Part shown: positions 12,901 to 27,900 of the stretch, one piece after another | Layout: every line of letters begins with the position of its first letter | Numbering within the stretch: the stretch's first letter is position 1 | NCBI GenBank assembly: GCA_977020255.1 | Contig: CDROCS010002120.1 | Location: forward strand, 1-64,000 | Length of the DNA: 64,000 nucleotides | Source of the DNA: Obrimoposthia wandeli | Lineage: Eukaryota | Direction of reading: 5' to 3' | Made by a program: the position numbers and the translations under genes | The notes under the pieces: generated by a model | The model's database searches: none | What the model saw: the letters and a program-made list of their open reading frames with translations, nothing else | What the model was told of the DNA's origin: nothing

Positions 12901-15900
12901 TCAAGATTAATCAATTTCGTATCATTTCCGTAATTCAGTAATGTTTCAATCATTGCTTTATGCGTATAACTTGTATTATTTCCTTCGACCTTAACATTAT
13001 TGAAACTGAGAATCACATCCTTAAATAACGTATGAAACATGAAATTGGCCGCTTTGATTTCCAACTCATCTTCTAGTTTAGCACCTTCTTGATTTGTAAC
13101 CTTCGATTTCACAAGAAGTAGACTATCATTCAAATCAAGATATTGGGAATTCGATCCATTTATATTGAATTCCAAGTCCGGAGAAGAAGTTCCACTAACG
13201 GTATTTGGTGGAAATATTTCCTCAAAACTAGCACTATAAACTACTACCTGAGGCCGTGGTTTGTCAAAAATACACAATTCGGTTTTAGCACAACTCATTT
13301 CGTGAAAATTGTACCTTTAAAACGCTTGTTTATAGCTTTTGTTTAAGTGATTTTCTTACGTTTATATCCACTTCTTTTTTGTTTTCTCAAAAGTTTTCCA
13401 AGACTAGGAGAAATTTCATCTACTTCTTCCAGAGCCGAGTTTATTAGTGTGTGAAGAAATTTTTCGTCTCCAGATAAGTAATTTGATCCAACCTTAGCAG
13501 TAAATTTCCCAAGTCGTTGGAGTAGAGGGAAAGCAAAGCGATCGAAAACTTTCATCCATCCTGATCCATACTGTTTTCCAGCAAATTAAGGTAAATCACC
13601 TCCTTGCATTGGTTTACTATATGCTTTAATTATAGTTGAATCAATCATATTTTTCTTAAATGTATTGTTAAACTTGTTTTAGCTCCAAATGAAAATTTAA
13701 TTAATCTTCCAGAAACATCCCAATATTAACTTCAATGTTGTTTATAAAGCTTGAGCTTACTGGAATATACATTGTATTGTCAATTGGAATATGTATAATA
13801 TCTCCATACTTGTTTTTTTTCTGTTGAACCCAAATATATTTTATTAAAGGAAGTTTATTTCCACCCACAAATATTGGTTCAGTAATACTTGTGTAAATAT
13901 AAATCTGATTATATACATTACTTAGCTTTGCCCGTTTAGATGCTCGGAAAACCTTATTAAGATTTTTAAAACTGTTTTCATTGAATCCAATAATTGTAGC
14001 TAAATTTTTATCCATATTTATTTCTTTTATATGTGGTTTCAATTTAAACTCAATTATATTCTTTTTAACATAAAAGCTTTTAAATATATTATCAATATTT
14101 TAACGAAATATTGACAAAGACTTTCAACATTGAAAAATAAGCAATCATTTGTGAATGCATACTGCTCACGTACATCCTCTTGATTATAATGATGCATCTT
14201 TATCTTTAAAGTCAGTAAATCATATATTTGATTTGGTGATTCCGATTCATAAAACATACTTTCAATAGCAGCTTCCGTAACTGAATGCTAAACTTTTATT
14301 ATCAATTTCTAAATTGAAAGCTTGTCCCATAGTGCGAGTTATACGAATTTTGTCTTCACCACTAAGGTAAATAACATATTTACTATTAATTGGAGTTATA
14401 TACTGGACGAAAAATTTTCCATGTTTCATTTTCAAACCAGCTTCAACTTCAGTTTTTATTGTTTTCTCGGCAACATAATCTATCATTGAACCTCCTTTAA
14501 TGGATAAAGGAGAATAATTAAAAATGAAAATTCCGTCAGAGCAGCTTCCCAATGCCCAGGTAAATTTATTGTGCTCTGATAATCAATACTAAATTGACTT
14601 GTTGTATTATCAGGTTGAGTTAATGGAGACCCATTACTTGGTAAAACAATATACATTGAACTCATTATATTTGAGAAGCTAATATCCAACTAGGTTCACT
14701 ATATCCGTGCCACTTAACTAGGTTTTGTTTATGCTTTACACGACCCTTTGTTTTCACTATTTCTTGAATTCTGTATACTCTAGGTTTTGATGGTAATACT
14801 TGTAGTTCTTCATGATAAAACTTTCCAGAAATTTCATTATTGGTTTCATCCTAAATAAAGTACATTACCAGAACATGTTTGGAATCGAATTTAGTTATTT
14901 GTAATACCTCATCACTCCAATTCTCTTTGAAATTCTTTATAAAAGGAGTAGTACTTATTTGAGAAATTCGTCTTAGATTTAACAGAGACTTTACTTGAAA
15001 CTATTTTATGAACCATATTCAGAATATCGTCAATTACAAAAGTGGGAAACGATTTAAGAATAGCCGGTCTACGAATAGATGGTGCTCTCATAAGAGAATT
15101 CAAACAAGGAATACTTCTTGATTTCGTATTCACCATTTTTCTTTCGTTTAGAACCGATTTGATCAATCTCTTAACTTCAGGTTTAATAATTTCTTTTTTA
15201 AAATGCATTATAGAGAAACTGGCTTTTTCAATTGTTTATAGACGGAAATATCTCCTGAATTAAATATATCCCTTCTAACTCTTAATTCATCGGGACACTC
15301 TTGAGTAAAATCAATGAAAATGTACCCATGGGGAAGATTAGAAGCATCTTGAAATTAATCAATTAAGAAATTTCTGTTATTTGGGTAAGCTTGTCTTGAA
15401 ACAAAATCAACTACTGTCTGATCACGAGGATTCTTGAATAAAACAAGATAATGTACATTCAAATTACGAGTTCTATGATTACTGCCCTGATGAAATAAGT
15501 TCTGTGTAATGAAAATAACAGTCACCTCTCGATGTCTTGCTATTTTCGTGAATAAATTATTGAAATCACTCTCTTTATTGGCTTCCTGATACAAATCATC
15601 AATAACAATAACATCATGACGTTGTAATCGATCAGACCAATTATCATCAAATCCCTTAATGACTTTAATATTTTTAATTTTCTTAAACTCAATACTAGTT
15701 AAACAAGCTTTCCCATCTCCACCATCATGCCAATATATCTTATTGAATTTCGATTTAAAATATTTATTATTTTGAAGTAATTTACAAATAAAATGGGTTT
15801 TCCCACTTCCACTTGGTCCTACAATTTGAAAAACGGCATTGTTTTACAACTCCATAATAAATAAATTAATGGTAAGGAATAATGTTTATAAGATAAAATA

Positions 15901-18900
15901 ATTTATTACTAAACAAACACTGATATATTTAGCTATATTTTATTAAATATTTATTACTTATTTTAAAAATATTAAAGATAAAAAATTTGACAAAAAATGA
16001 GACAAAATGATACAATCAAAATATTGTGGCCCTGAAGAGGGCCGGGGTTCATTCTCATTTGCAAGTGGAAACATTAACTCCACTGCGGCGCCGATACAAA
16101 GACAGAAATATTCCTTTCATTGAAATGTACAAATCCAGGTATCTCTTCCACCTCCAGCTTTTCCCGAAGCATCAGAGGTTCCAGGAGATTCACCTTTCTT
16201 TTAAATGATAGTGAGTTATCACTTAAAATTAATTGGATTTGTTTTTTATTATCCATTTATGAAATCTAGTTTAAAATAATCCAATTAACACTTTTTTCTG
16301 AGGTAATTAAATCATTGATGCGATAAAACAAATATAAACATTTAATTAGATTCTTCTATATATATTATTTGTTTTAAATAATTAATAATGAACAATAATG
16401 TTCTAGAAACACATCATTTAATTATCATTGGTTAATATCTACATCAATTTTATATATAAACGATGAGAAATTTCATAAATTTTGATAAAAATGCAAGCAA
16501 TTACCGATTTGTATCAACGTGTTCATACTTTTTATGGTTACGAGATGCATTTTCTCAAGAACCCTATCCATTATAATTTCAGATATCCAGCATCGGTGGA
16601 AAAACATAAATTCAATTACCTCATTTCCAATATTATTAAAGCTGATTTGAAAGAATAAATAAAATACTTACAAAAATTAATTGTGAGTATTGTCTACAAG
16701 AACCCAAATTCATTATCAAAGGAGATGAAGCCATTTTCAGAAATATAGATGGATCAATATTAATTGAATGCCCAACTGGATTACAATGGAATATCAATAT
16801 GAAGATACAAGGTTACAAGATCGGACTTAGTGGATTGGTGACTCCTATTTGGAAAATAATTGATAGAATTAGTAAATAAATATTGTTGAATCTTTATTTT
16901 CAACTTTGTTTTCTCATTTATTAACAATAATAATTTATTAATAGGAAATAAAAGACCCTATTTAGCCAAATGACGTAACCTATAGTAAAATATCCTTTGA
17001 TCCTAAACATGCATAAAACTCTTACATCATTTAACCCTTTACATACATTTACTTGGTTTCCCCATTTAGTATTACATCATTTGACCCTTTTTCAGGCTTC
17101 CAATATCTTATACTATAATTTATTCCATCATATTTTGACTTGGCCTAACTAATGACTGGAATTGACTAAACATTGAGTTTTAAAATTATACTATTCAGAA
17201 AGAGAGAGAAACTCTATGTAGAAATCAATAAATTATTATTTGAATTTAATTTTAAATCAATTCTTTAACCGTTATTATAAATTTAAAAATATATTGAATT
17301 ATCGAAAATCACATGAAAATTATCAATTAATTCCATCATATTTTGACTTGGCCTAACTAATGACTAGAAACCGCTGAACCTTGGGTTTTAAAATTATTAT
17401 TTTCGGACAGAGAGATAGAAACTATATTTAGAAATCAATAAATCATTATTTAAATTTAATTTTAAATTGAACATTTTACCGTTATTATAAATTCAAAAAT
17501 ATATTGATTTATCGAAAATCTGTTGAAAATGATCAATTAATTCCATCATATTTTGACTTGGCCTAAATAATGACCCGAATTGTCTGACAATTGGGTTTTA
17601 AAATTATCCTTTTCGGAAAGACAGAATGAAACTCTATATAGAAACCTTTCGAATATATCTGAATAGTAAATTATTCGAGAAGTATTTCGAGTATTAAATA
17701 GCCTCAGTAATCGAGGTGGCCCGAAAGACACGCGTTATTTGTGGTCTATGACTCCTACTACTAAAATATTATTAAATTTACCTGAAAGTGTCAGAAATCG
17801 AGGTGGCCCGAAAGACACATCTGTCCGATAAAAAATTTGTGGCGCTAAACACATATCCCCCTACTACTAAAATATTTTAAATTTAATGTTTTCTGTATAA
17901 AGTAAGTTTAACATAAAAAACGGTACACTTTCATAATCTGTTAAATTTAGGACATTATAGAAATATCAATGTTGAATGGAGATCATAAAAGTTACTTAAA
18001 TGTACTGCAAAATGACTTTGGCACGAAACTGAAGTCAGGAAAAAATATTTCAGATGTTCAGTTAAACTTGTTTTAAATAATACAAAATGTCAAAGCCACT
18101 TACAAAGCATTTTTGCATGGCTCTATAAATGAACAGTAAATTAAACTAAATGTCAAATTCTGTTACAGCGGATTTGTCAAGGTTATGTCGAAAACACTAA
18201 GATTACGACGAAAATTAATATATGAATGAGCTTTAGATTTGACTTTTTGGCTATATTACAGGAATAAACCCTTTATGTTGTTCAAGCCACCCTCAACCGA
18301 CTTTTTACTTAAGTTTAATTCTAAAAAATTACAAATGTGTCTCAATACTTTAAAATTACCAAAGACGGAGAGAAACTAGGGGTCAAACATTACCGGTGTT
18401 TTCAATTACCGGTAAATTACCGACAGCTATATATCATTACCGGTATTTACCGGTTTTTCCTAATTATTTATTTTTTTGCTGTATAGGTAGTTTTTAGGTG
18501 CGTATTTATAAGGAGTTTACAAAAAAAAACTTAGTTTTCACATTATAATTTTATATTGAATATTCGAACAAAAGTTGAACTCAAACAGAAAATTAAAAAA
18601 CAAAACAAACTTTGAAAAATGACTAGTAAAAACTATAATTTCCTTTGGTTATTAAATAATAAATTTATTATTTAATAACCAAGCATTATTTGTTATTATA
18701 AAACAGCGCAGAAAGCTCAATGCATCCAATGTCTTCGGAGCTAATTGTGAACGAAGCTTAGTTAAAAAATATCCTGCCGCAGAGAAAGCCCGTTCTGATT
18801 CTACACTAGTGGCTTTAATAGTCAGCAATAACTGATACAGCAATTATAGATTTTCTGGTCGCTTTCTAGTTGCCTCATAAAATTTCATTTCATTCATTAG

Positions 18901-21900
18901 ATTGACATCAGAAGGCTGAGATAGCTTGACTCTTTTATTTTTATTAGTAACTTCATCTTCATACCTTTTAAGCAATGGATCAGTAATTTCATGTGCTGAA
19001 GAATCGTGAAAGACCTCGATAGAAACCTTTCTTCTTCTTGAGTTTCCACCTTTAATAGATACAATCTTTTAAATGTTGCTACTGCCAGTTTCTTGACATT
19101 TTTAGGCGTAGGCAAATGAAAAAGATCGACCGTATCATTTGGATGTAAATCATGTAATATATCAGGGTCTTCCAAGTACTTGATTAATCCAATTGCCGTC
19201 TCCAATCTTCTTGATGTATAGCGCTTATGCAAGCTTTCTTCTAATTTTAAAGCCAATATAGAACTTTGAGATTTTAATTCACTCATAACAAATTTCATTG
19301 ATTGTTCTCCTTTCAAAATTGTAGCATCTTCTGTAGAGAGTCCCTTGATGACAATTTCAAAAGGTCGGAGCATTTGTACAAGATCCTCTAAATATCTCCA
19401 TTCGTTCTCAGTAATTACTTCAGAAATTTCACATCTTCTTAAAGCAGCGGGAATACATTTCTTCAGTTCACAAAATCTCTTACTCATTGCAATGTTCTAT
19501 TCCATCTTGTTTTGGTATCCAGGATTAATTTCATCTATTTTTTCATGTTAGCTTTAACAATCTCCTGCAGATAATCATTTTTTAAAGGTGATTTTCTAAA
19601 GGCCTTGCAGATTTTACGAACTTTTGAAATTATCTCATCATAGTTACCTTGATTAATTAGAGGACTGTCTTCATGTTGAACTTCTTCACTAACAAATGCC
19701 ATATCCAAAGGAATACTACAATCGTCCCAATCTTCAAGAATTTGATTTAATTCTTCCTCATTTGTGTTAGTTATTTCCGTTTCCTCTTCTACAAGTTGCT
19801 TTTTTCCATAGAAAATATCACAAATACTCAGGTGACAAGCATGTGCAAGACATAGTTGATGAATAAATTGGTTTTATCTACCAAACTTGACCATTAATGA
19901 AGCTCCGTCTGTAGTAACACCTACTACATGGCAATCTAAGTCTAAATTAAATTCATTTAATCTTCCTTTAACAAGAGTAGTGACTTTATTGCTGTTTAGA
20001 GAACCTGAAATTACTATTAGTCCAAGAGACCAATATTTATCCTTATCATGCACATTAATATTCATGAAGCGTCGATTCTGTGAAGAAGTATACTCATCGA
20101 TAGTAAGTGAAAACCGGCGGCCATTTTGAATTTGATTTGAGAAGTATTTAGCTAATATTGCCTTTTCTGTTTCATGATGTTTTATAACCGAGTTTTAACA
20201 CCACTTCCAGTACTTGGTGGTATTTTGTCATAAGCAGTTGTTGCCAAATGTCTTTGAATAAATTCGCTTGATGCAATTTGTTTAAAGCTAAGCCCATCCT
20301 TGCATGCCATTCTTGCAATTTCATTATCAAGAGACTTCTTGGCTAAATATTTATCTAAAGTATTACTATTAATGCTTTTACTAGAGTGCTCTGTTTCATC
20401 TTCACTAGTTATATTATGAACTTTACTCGTATGGGTCTTCAAGCCAGAAGTTGAACCGCCAACACATTTAAGTCCTTTTTTGCATTGTAAACATTCTGCT
20501 TCGTCTTTACTTTTTCTTAAAAAATACTGCCACACATTTGATTTCTTTTTACACATAATGGGGGATTGTAAAATTTTCAATAAATTTTCAATAAATTGAA
20601 TTCAAATGTACTATAATGAAGAAGTTATGCAAGGCTTCAGTATGAAGTTATGAACGTTCTCAAATTTAGCTAGTATACAGAGACAGTTAGCTAGTAAGCA
20701 GAGAGCAGAAATCACGCACAGCACAAACACTTTGACTGAGTGACTGACTTCAATTTGGAAACCTAGACATAAGTCACATAACCTAGCTGCCTATTAATAA
20801 ATGTTTTTCCTAATATTTAAAATAAATGTATATTACCGGTAATAAGGCTTCCAGTACCGGTAAATAGAATGTTTTTCATTACCGGTAATAACCGGTAAAA
20901 TATTGCCGGTGTTTACTCACTAAGAGAAACGAATGCAATTAACTGCTGTACATTTGTGAGTAAATTTTCAATCTGTAAGCCGTTTACAGTTCAAGATGAC
21001 ATTACATCCTTTTTTTGTGTTAAACATTTATTTAGCGTATCCCTTTGTTTCTTTTTCATATACTAGAGACTTCCACAGAAAATAAACCGATTTAAAATGC
21101 AATATCGTTTGGTAATGAGTATTAAAATTTGTTTTATTTTTGTGTATAACGAATTTTTCTGATATAATTTTATTTTTGCAGAATGGCTGCTACTTACACG
21201 AAGATTTACGGATCGAGATATAGAGCATTTATATCTTATCTGAGATGTATGCAAGAAAAGAAATTTAAAGACTGCAATTTTTATATAAGGAATTATTGTT
21301 ATGCTAGACTCCGTTTAACATGCGCAGGTGAGTAATAATTGAATTTTTTAAACATTATCTTAGCACATAATTCTCACCAGCAAAGGTCATACTGACTCAA
21401 TACACAAGCTGCAAATCTTACCCACAGGAAATTAGTCTTTTAACCCAATATTCTGTTATTTTGTCTCTTTAAGCAGCACTTATTGTTCTGTAAATTTAAT
21501 AATAGAACGTATTTCAGAACCGTATGAAGTGATATTTCCTGCATCATGTACTTAATTTGCCAGAGCTATTTATAATTTCTTGTGAATCTTAAAGTAATAT
21601 AGGAATATTTTCTAATGTCACGGGAAATTTTCAATGTTGCCAGGAAATTGAATCTCTGATATAGATAAATAATACATAGTTACATCAAATTGGATTTAAG
21701 ATGGATTTATTGTGAAATGGAACCATGTATAGATGTTTCACAGTCATCATATATTCTTTTCAATGGCCATGAGACTGTAAAAAGTGTTACGTTGAGCCAG
21801 GGCCCCTTAGTGCCGGCGCACTTATTTGGCTTCCCTCATCCCCGGGCGCGATACTGCCCACTTTGGGAACTTGTACATTTAATTGAAACATTCTTAATTT

Positions 21901-24900
21901 GTGTATGATAAAATTATGCGTTCACTTCTACCATTCGCTCTAACTAATAATATTTAAGTACCACCTTATCGTGTCTTCCTCATCTAGAATGCCCATAGAG
22001 ATTATTTCCTCTCAGATCGTACGTCCATCTCCATCATTCCCGGATATCACAATCGTGGTCTACTCACTTTCATGGATCAATTTATTTGTCACGATGGCTT
22101 CACTAAGACCACTGCTAATGTAATCTGCAACGATCTTGGATATCTGTAATTTTTTTGTGGTATCATAATATTCCCCAGGGAAGTTTATAAAATTATATAT
22201 CTATTCTCTTTTAATCGAGTAAAATTGGAGTAATTTTCTAAATGTAGTTACTTAATTTTAAAGCTATTTTAGAAAATTACTTTATTATGAATATGAATAA
22301 CAAATTTTGTAACTCCAAAAATTACAAATCAAAATGCCAACTTCGATTGTCAATACCTTTAATTTTAGAATTCTTGAAAACTATTTAGAATGTGCAAATT
22401 GTGATTTTATAAATTCAACGATTCTCTATCTATTTGTGTTTTCAAGTACAGATTTAAAAATGAATACACTAAATAATGTGAAAATATTTAGAAACATTTG
22501 ACTCAGTAGTAGACTAAAAATCTAAGCTTTCAAAATAAATGTGCCAAATGTCAAATAGAATGACGGAAATCTTAGGAATAGTCAGTTTGAAGCGAAATAC
22601 CATAAAATCCCGTGTATGTAATATATTTTTATGGCGTAAATTTTACAAATAAGCCACAATTTTGGTTCAAAAATACACTGTTTGTTAGGGTATCTTATTT
22701 TATTGGTAACCTTTATTATCATTCCAATGACAATCGGTAGAGTGGTTGCATTCTCCAGTAACTGACTTTTTACAAGTTTAAAAAAATTGATTATGCTTAA
22801 ATTTATTTATCAATTTAAAATAGGACTTTCTTTAAATTCGGAATATTTCGTCATAGACAACTTTGATATTTAGAACTTCAATTTTATAACCTGAATTTCA
22901 ATTTCAGTGGTGCAATCAGTTTTGAGGGGGTGCGCAACGACAGTTTACTGACAGATCCAAAGTCATACGTCAGATGCTCCGGTACCGAATCAAACTTTGG
23001 TCAGTGCTATATCAACACCAGATACAACTGTTCATCCAACATGGCGGTCAATATCTTCTGTCAAAGTTAGTTCTTTTAATATTTTTCATAACTTTGATAT
23101 TTGGAACTTAATTTGCTGTTGAAGTTCAATTTCAGTAGCGCGATCTAATTACATATTAAATATAAATACAGGACGAATCAGAATGACGGTTTCAACTCCA
23201 ATCCCTACTAATTATTTTGCTGTCTTTAATTAAATGTCGACATTAATTAAACTCAAATTTTCATATTTACACCATCCAATTAAAAGAAAGGATTTTTACA
23301 ACTATTATTTAAAAAGAAGTCATCATACAGACAATCGCACTTATTTTCATTCGTAAACTCTCGCTCAAGATACACCATACACTTATGATAAGACTTCGAC
23401 ATTCTCCTCTACAACTGGGGTTGCTGTCTTTGAAGAGCTGCTTTCTGAAATATGATTTTCTCGTGGCAGTATCAATTTCTTTCACATTAATATTCTAGTT
23501 CGCTCCCTTCATCTTCTAGAATACTGGTAACATGTCTAGACTGCCGTCTTCTTCTTGTCGGATGTAGCTCGAAGCATTGATATCGGAAGTGACCCGGCCT
23601 TTGACAATGTGCACATTTGACATTTGGGCAGTCTAACCGGCGGCGGCCTATTTCTTGACTTGCGTATCAACGAATATCTTGGGAATACCTCTGCTAATTA
23701 AAATTTATATTTCATAAATTAATTTTTTCTTCTCCATTTGTTTTGAATTTGATATTATGTTCGTGGCTTTTCTGACGTTCTGGATAAGTTACTTGAGGTT
23801 TACCTCACTTCAAGATGTCACTATACTATGATCGATCTTTTGGCGAAAAATGGTAGCAAAAACTGATTTTTATAGTATTGAAATATATGTTTTTTTTTAG
23901 ATTTTACTTCTATTATAATCACTGATTTCCATTCTACAGGAAAGTGTAAAAACATTTAAAAAATAATTATTCCTTGTAACCTAAAACTTTATTTTAGAAA
24001 ACGTAATATTTTTACAAATTAAAACAAAACACTACTTTTTAAAAAGTGGATTAATTTATGAAGGAATTGAAATATAAAGTTTAAATTCAACAATGTTGTA
24101 GTATTCAGGTTGTAGTTGGAACATATATACAGATAAACAGGGGAGAACGAAGGAATAGAAAACCATTTTAAAATCCGTTCAGTGATACATATTTTATGTT
24201 GAAAATAAAAAAACTAAATTTTTGGATTATTTTTAGTTTTTTTATACTTAAAAAAGCCAGCAAAAAACGAACAAAAATCTGGCAAAAAAATGGATTTTAT
24301 CACCAATAATATATTTTTTACCAAAAATTTACTTCTATAATAATCACTAAATTACATTCTACATGAACAATAAAAATATTCAAAATATATATATTAAATG
24401 TTTTTAATCTAAATTTTACATTAGGAAACAAAAAAATTAAAATGAAAGTTCGCATTCAGAAAATATACGGAATGGATGGAAATTGTTGGATGTGCAAGAA
24501 TATTCCTGAAACATTTGGTCTCAAATTGTAGCAAAGATGACAAATGTATTTTTAATAACTTAGATTGTGACTATATGTGTGTTGACGCCATGCCTAAAAT
24601 TGACACAAGATTTCTTGAAATGAAGGCATATAAAAAATTATGTACTCTAATTGAAGTATTTTTAATAAAAAAAATTTGAAAAAAGATTTGATAAAAAAAT
24701 ATATTAAATATATATATAATTTGAATATTTTTTTTTCATGTAAAATGTAATTTAGTGATTATTTTAGAAGTAAATTTTGGGTAAAAAAAATATAATTGAT
24801 GATAATAATTTTTTGGGTATAAAAAAAACTAAAAATAATCCAAAAATTTCGTTTTTTATTTTCAACATAAAATTTGTATCACATAACGGATTTTAAAATG

Positions 24901-27900
24901 GTTTTCCATTCCATCGTTCTCACCTTATGATTCGTATATATATATACTGATTTCAAACACTCTTATAAAAATATATCTCAACCTGCAAACATACTCCTAA
25001 TTTCGCTATTTTAAAACATCATAATTTATTATTTCTATAGAATTTTAATTAAACATACATGTATTCGTAAACTACAGCCTGAATACTACAACATTTTTGA
25101 ATTTCAACTTTATATTTCAATTCCTTCATAAGTTAATCCACTTTTAAAAAAGCAATGTTTTTGTTTTAATTTGTAAAAATATTACTTTTTTTTAAATAAT
25201 GTTTTAGGTTACAAGGAATAATTATATTTTAAATGTTTTTACACGTTCTTGTAGAATGGAAATCAGTGATTATAATAGATATAAAATCTCAGTAAAAACA
25301 TATATTTCAATACTATAAAACTCTATATTTCGCCCCAAGATAGGTCATCACTATACTTATTATTGACAAATTTATGGTTATTGTCGTTTCCAGTTACTTC
25401 TTTATTAACTCCCTCAATTTTAATCATCCTTACCTTAATTTTTTCGAATGTTTCTTTAGACCAACTTCTCAAATTTTACATTGACTATTTTTCTTGTTTG
25501 TATTTAAGAGCTTCTAGTAAGTCTTCTATTAAAATTAATGAACGGAAAACTTTTTCTTTTCCATCTATCTTCGTAGTCTAGATGCTCTTCTGACTTCTTG
25601 TGTTCTTACGTTGCATTTATTGATTAAATTCCTTTGTGAAAGTCCCACAGGAAATCTTTTCAATCGCCCTTAAGTCAAAGAATCTTTTGTATTTTTCTAC
25701 AAAGATTAAAATATAATCGTTAATGTCATAAGCTTCTGGAAGTCTAAAAAAATAAGCCATAATCGAAGCCGTAGTCACCATATTGGAAATCAAGAATCTC
25801 GTATATTTTGGATCAATCATATATTTGAATTATGCACAAAATCCGTTTATTGAAACAACGAGTATTCACAATGCATATTTTGAGCAATAACATCTATGCA
25901 TACCAAATTCAACATTTAATAACAATCGCTTTAATAATGTAATGATTTACAATAATAAATATACAACATTACAACAGTTATTTTAAATCACCATGTATAA
26001 TGTTATTTAGAATTAGATATTTTAAAATATGGTATTTTTATCATCAACTAATTAATACTTTTGTTTCGTATGTATCTTTGTATGGTTTCACATTCAAATG
26101 ATATTATCTCCTTTTTTTCAAATATTTCATTATTCTGATTTTATCAAACCCATTCTAATCAGAGATCTAAACCGATAAAAATATTGTTTCCGTTTACAAA
26201 TCAGTTAATAAATATTTAATATTCCGGTTTACGCTGATGTTCTTTATTACAAAGTTTCGTTCCGGTTAAGTTCAGTTCCCGTTCTGATTCAAAACCGATT
26301 CAAAATGAGTAAATACATTTTACCAGAAAATATAAAAGTTAATACATAAGTTATTTATATTTAGCTAAAATAATTTTTTAATTAATATCAAAAAAAAATT
26401 AAAATGTTGACTTTGCATATTGTGAAATTAGAAAGAATTAAGTGAAAATTTAAACTAGAAACAATTTTTAAGCATTATTTAACTACTTTTCAATCAACAT
26501 GCAAACACTATAAACAAGAGATGCAAACGTGTATTGAACGATATGTTAAACGACTTTGTACATAGTATAACGCTAGTGAGATTAAAATTAAAATTGGTTC
26601 TCCTTGATCACAATGATTGGAAGGTAGTTAACTGTTGGTTAAAGATATGCTGTTTTTCTTTAACTATTTTCAATATAAAAATATTCACTTACTCGTTTTC
26701 AATTTAAAAAAAGTTAACATTTTAATTTATTACTCCATATATAGTTGGTAATTATAATCATCAGTGGTGATTTTATATTGAAACATGACTGAGAATAAAA
26801 AAATGTATTCCAATATTTGGCTCATTTTGATGAATAATAACTGCAAAGAGAAATAATTTTTATGTTAATATCACTTCATTTTTGCTATCAAAATTATTGG
26901 GAATCGCAGTAAAAATCAAATGCCATTTTTATAACTATAAAATTAATATATAAACAATATAAATATTTAAATACAACAACAAAAATTGTTCCACTACAAT
27001 AATTATAAACAAATTATAAATTATTAATGAAAAAATTATGTTACACATAAAATTTAGTTTTGAGAATGGTTCTCAACGAATGGAAACAATATATTTATAA
27101 ATTTCCACTCTTTATATTTAAGATTAAATCTCTATTTACTGTTTAATATGTGTAGGTTTCTAAATCTATTCAATTTTTTTAAATTCTTTAATTTTTTTAT
27201 GTCTTCTCCAAAGGATAGCTTTTGAAAACTTTTGTAAAAAAAGAAAATTGGCATGTCTTTTACCAATTAAATTTACACAAATAAAAATAATAACCTTAAA
27301 AAACATGTATTATAATAATTTGAACTTCTCTAATTGGGTCTGATATATTTGTATTTGTAACACTGTAAACGACGGTCCTGGCATTATTTTCCAGATATCG
27401 CTCTTGTTGGAAGCTCGAAACCAAATGAAGGTCGTGTGGAGGTTATTTACAAAGGTGAACGTGGTCTTCTATGTGACGATTCATTTAATATCCATTCTGG
27501 TAACGTTATCTGTCGGCAGCTGGGATTTTCGTAAGTTTTCTGATTAACTCAAATACAAAATTGTTCATATTATTTTACTTAGTTATTGTTATGTTTTAAC
27601 TGGCTGACGAGTTTATTAGTCAGATATTTTAATTGGCTCATCCGGTCCTGACATGCAAATAAATAGTGATTTGTTTTTGTGTTTATTTGTCTACATTTAT
27701 GTTGAAGCATTGAGGCTCAAAGTAGCCAGTGCGGTTTCTCACAGTTGGGGTGAGATAATTGTGCCAGACGATTTTTAAGTTCGCTGAAGTTTTATGTAAC
27801 ATTTAAAAATGTGAAGATTGAATTATTTTAGTGTAATTTATGACAGGTTAATAACATTTTGTAGGGTGAAACTAGAAGAAAATAGCGAAAATAGATCGTC

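Larger units (their letters stand above)
10851..17764 (-). mobile_element. Polinton/Maverick copy A: non-autonomous deletion derivative (no pPolB, integrase core deleted) with long TIRs
   Basis: Minus-strand ATPase, integrase tail, minor capsid, major capsid and protease homologous to copy B. 10853-11270 is inverted at 17120-17731. Right end CTACTACT at 17755-17762; the left end lacks the outer ~31 bp. Confidence 0.85.
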
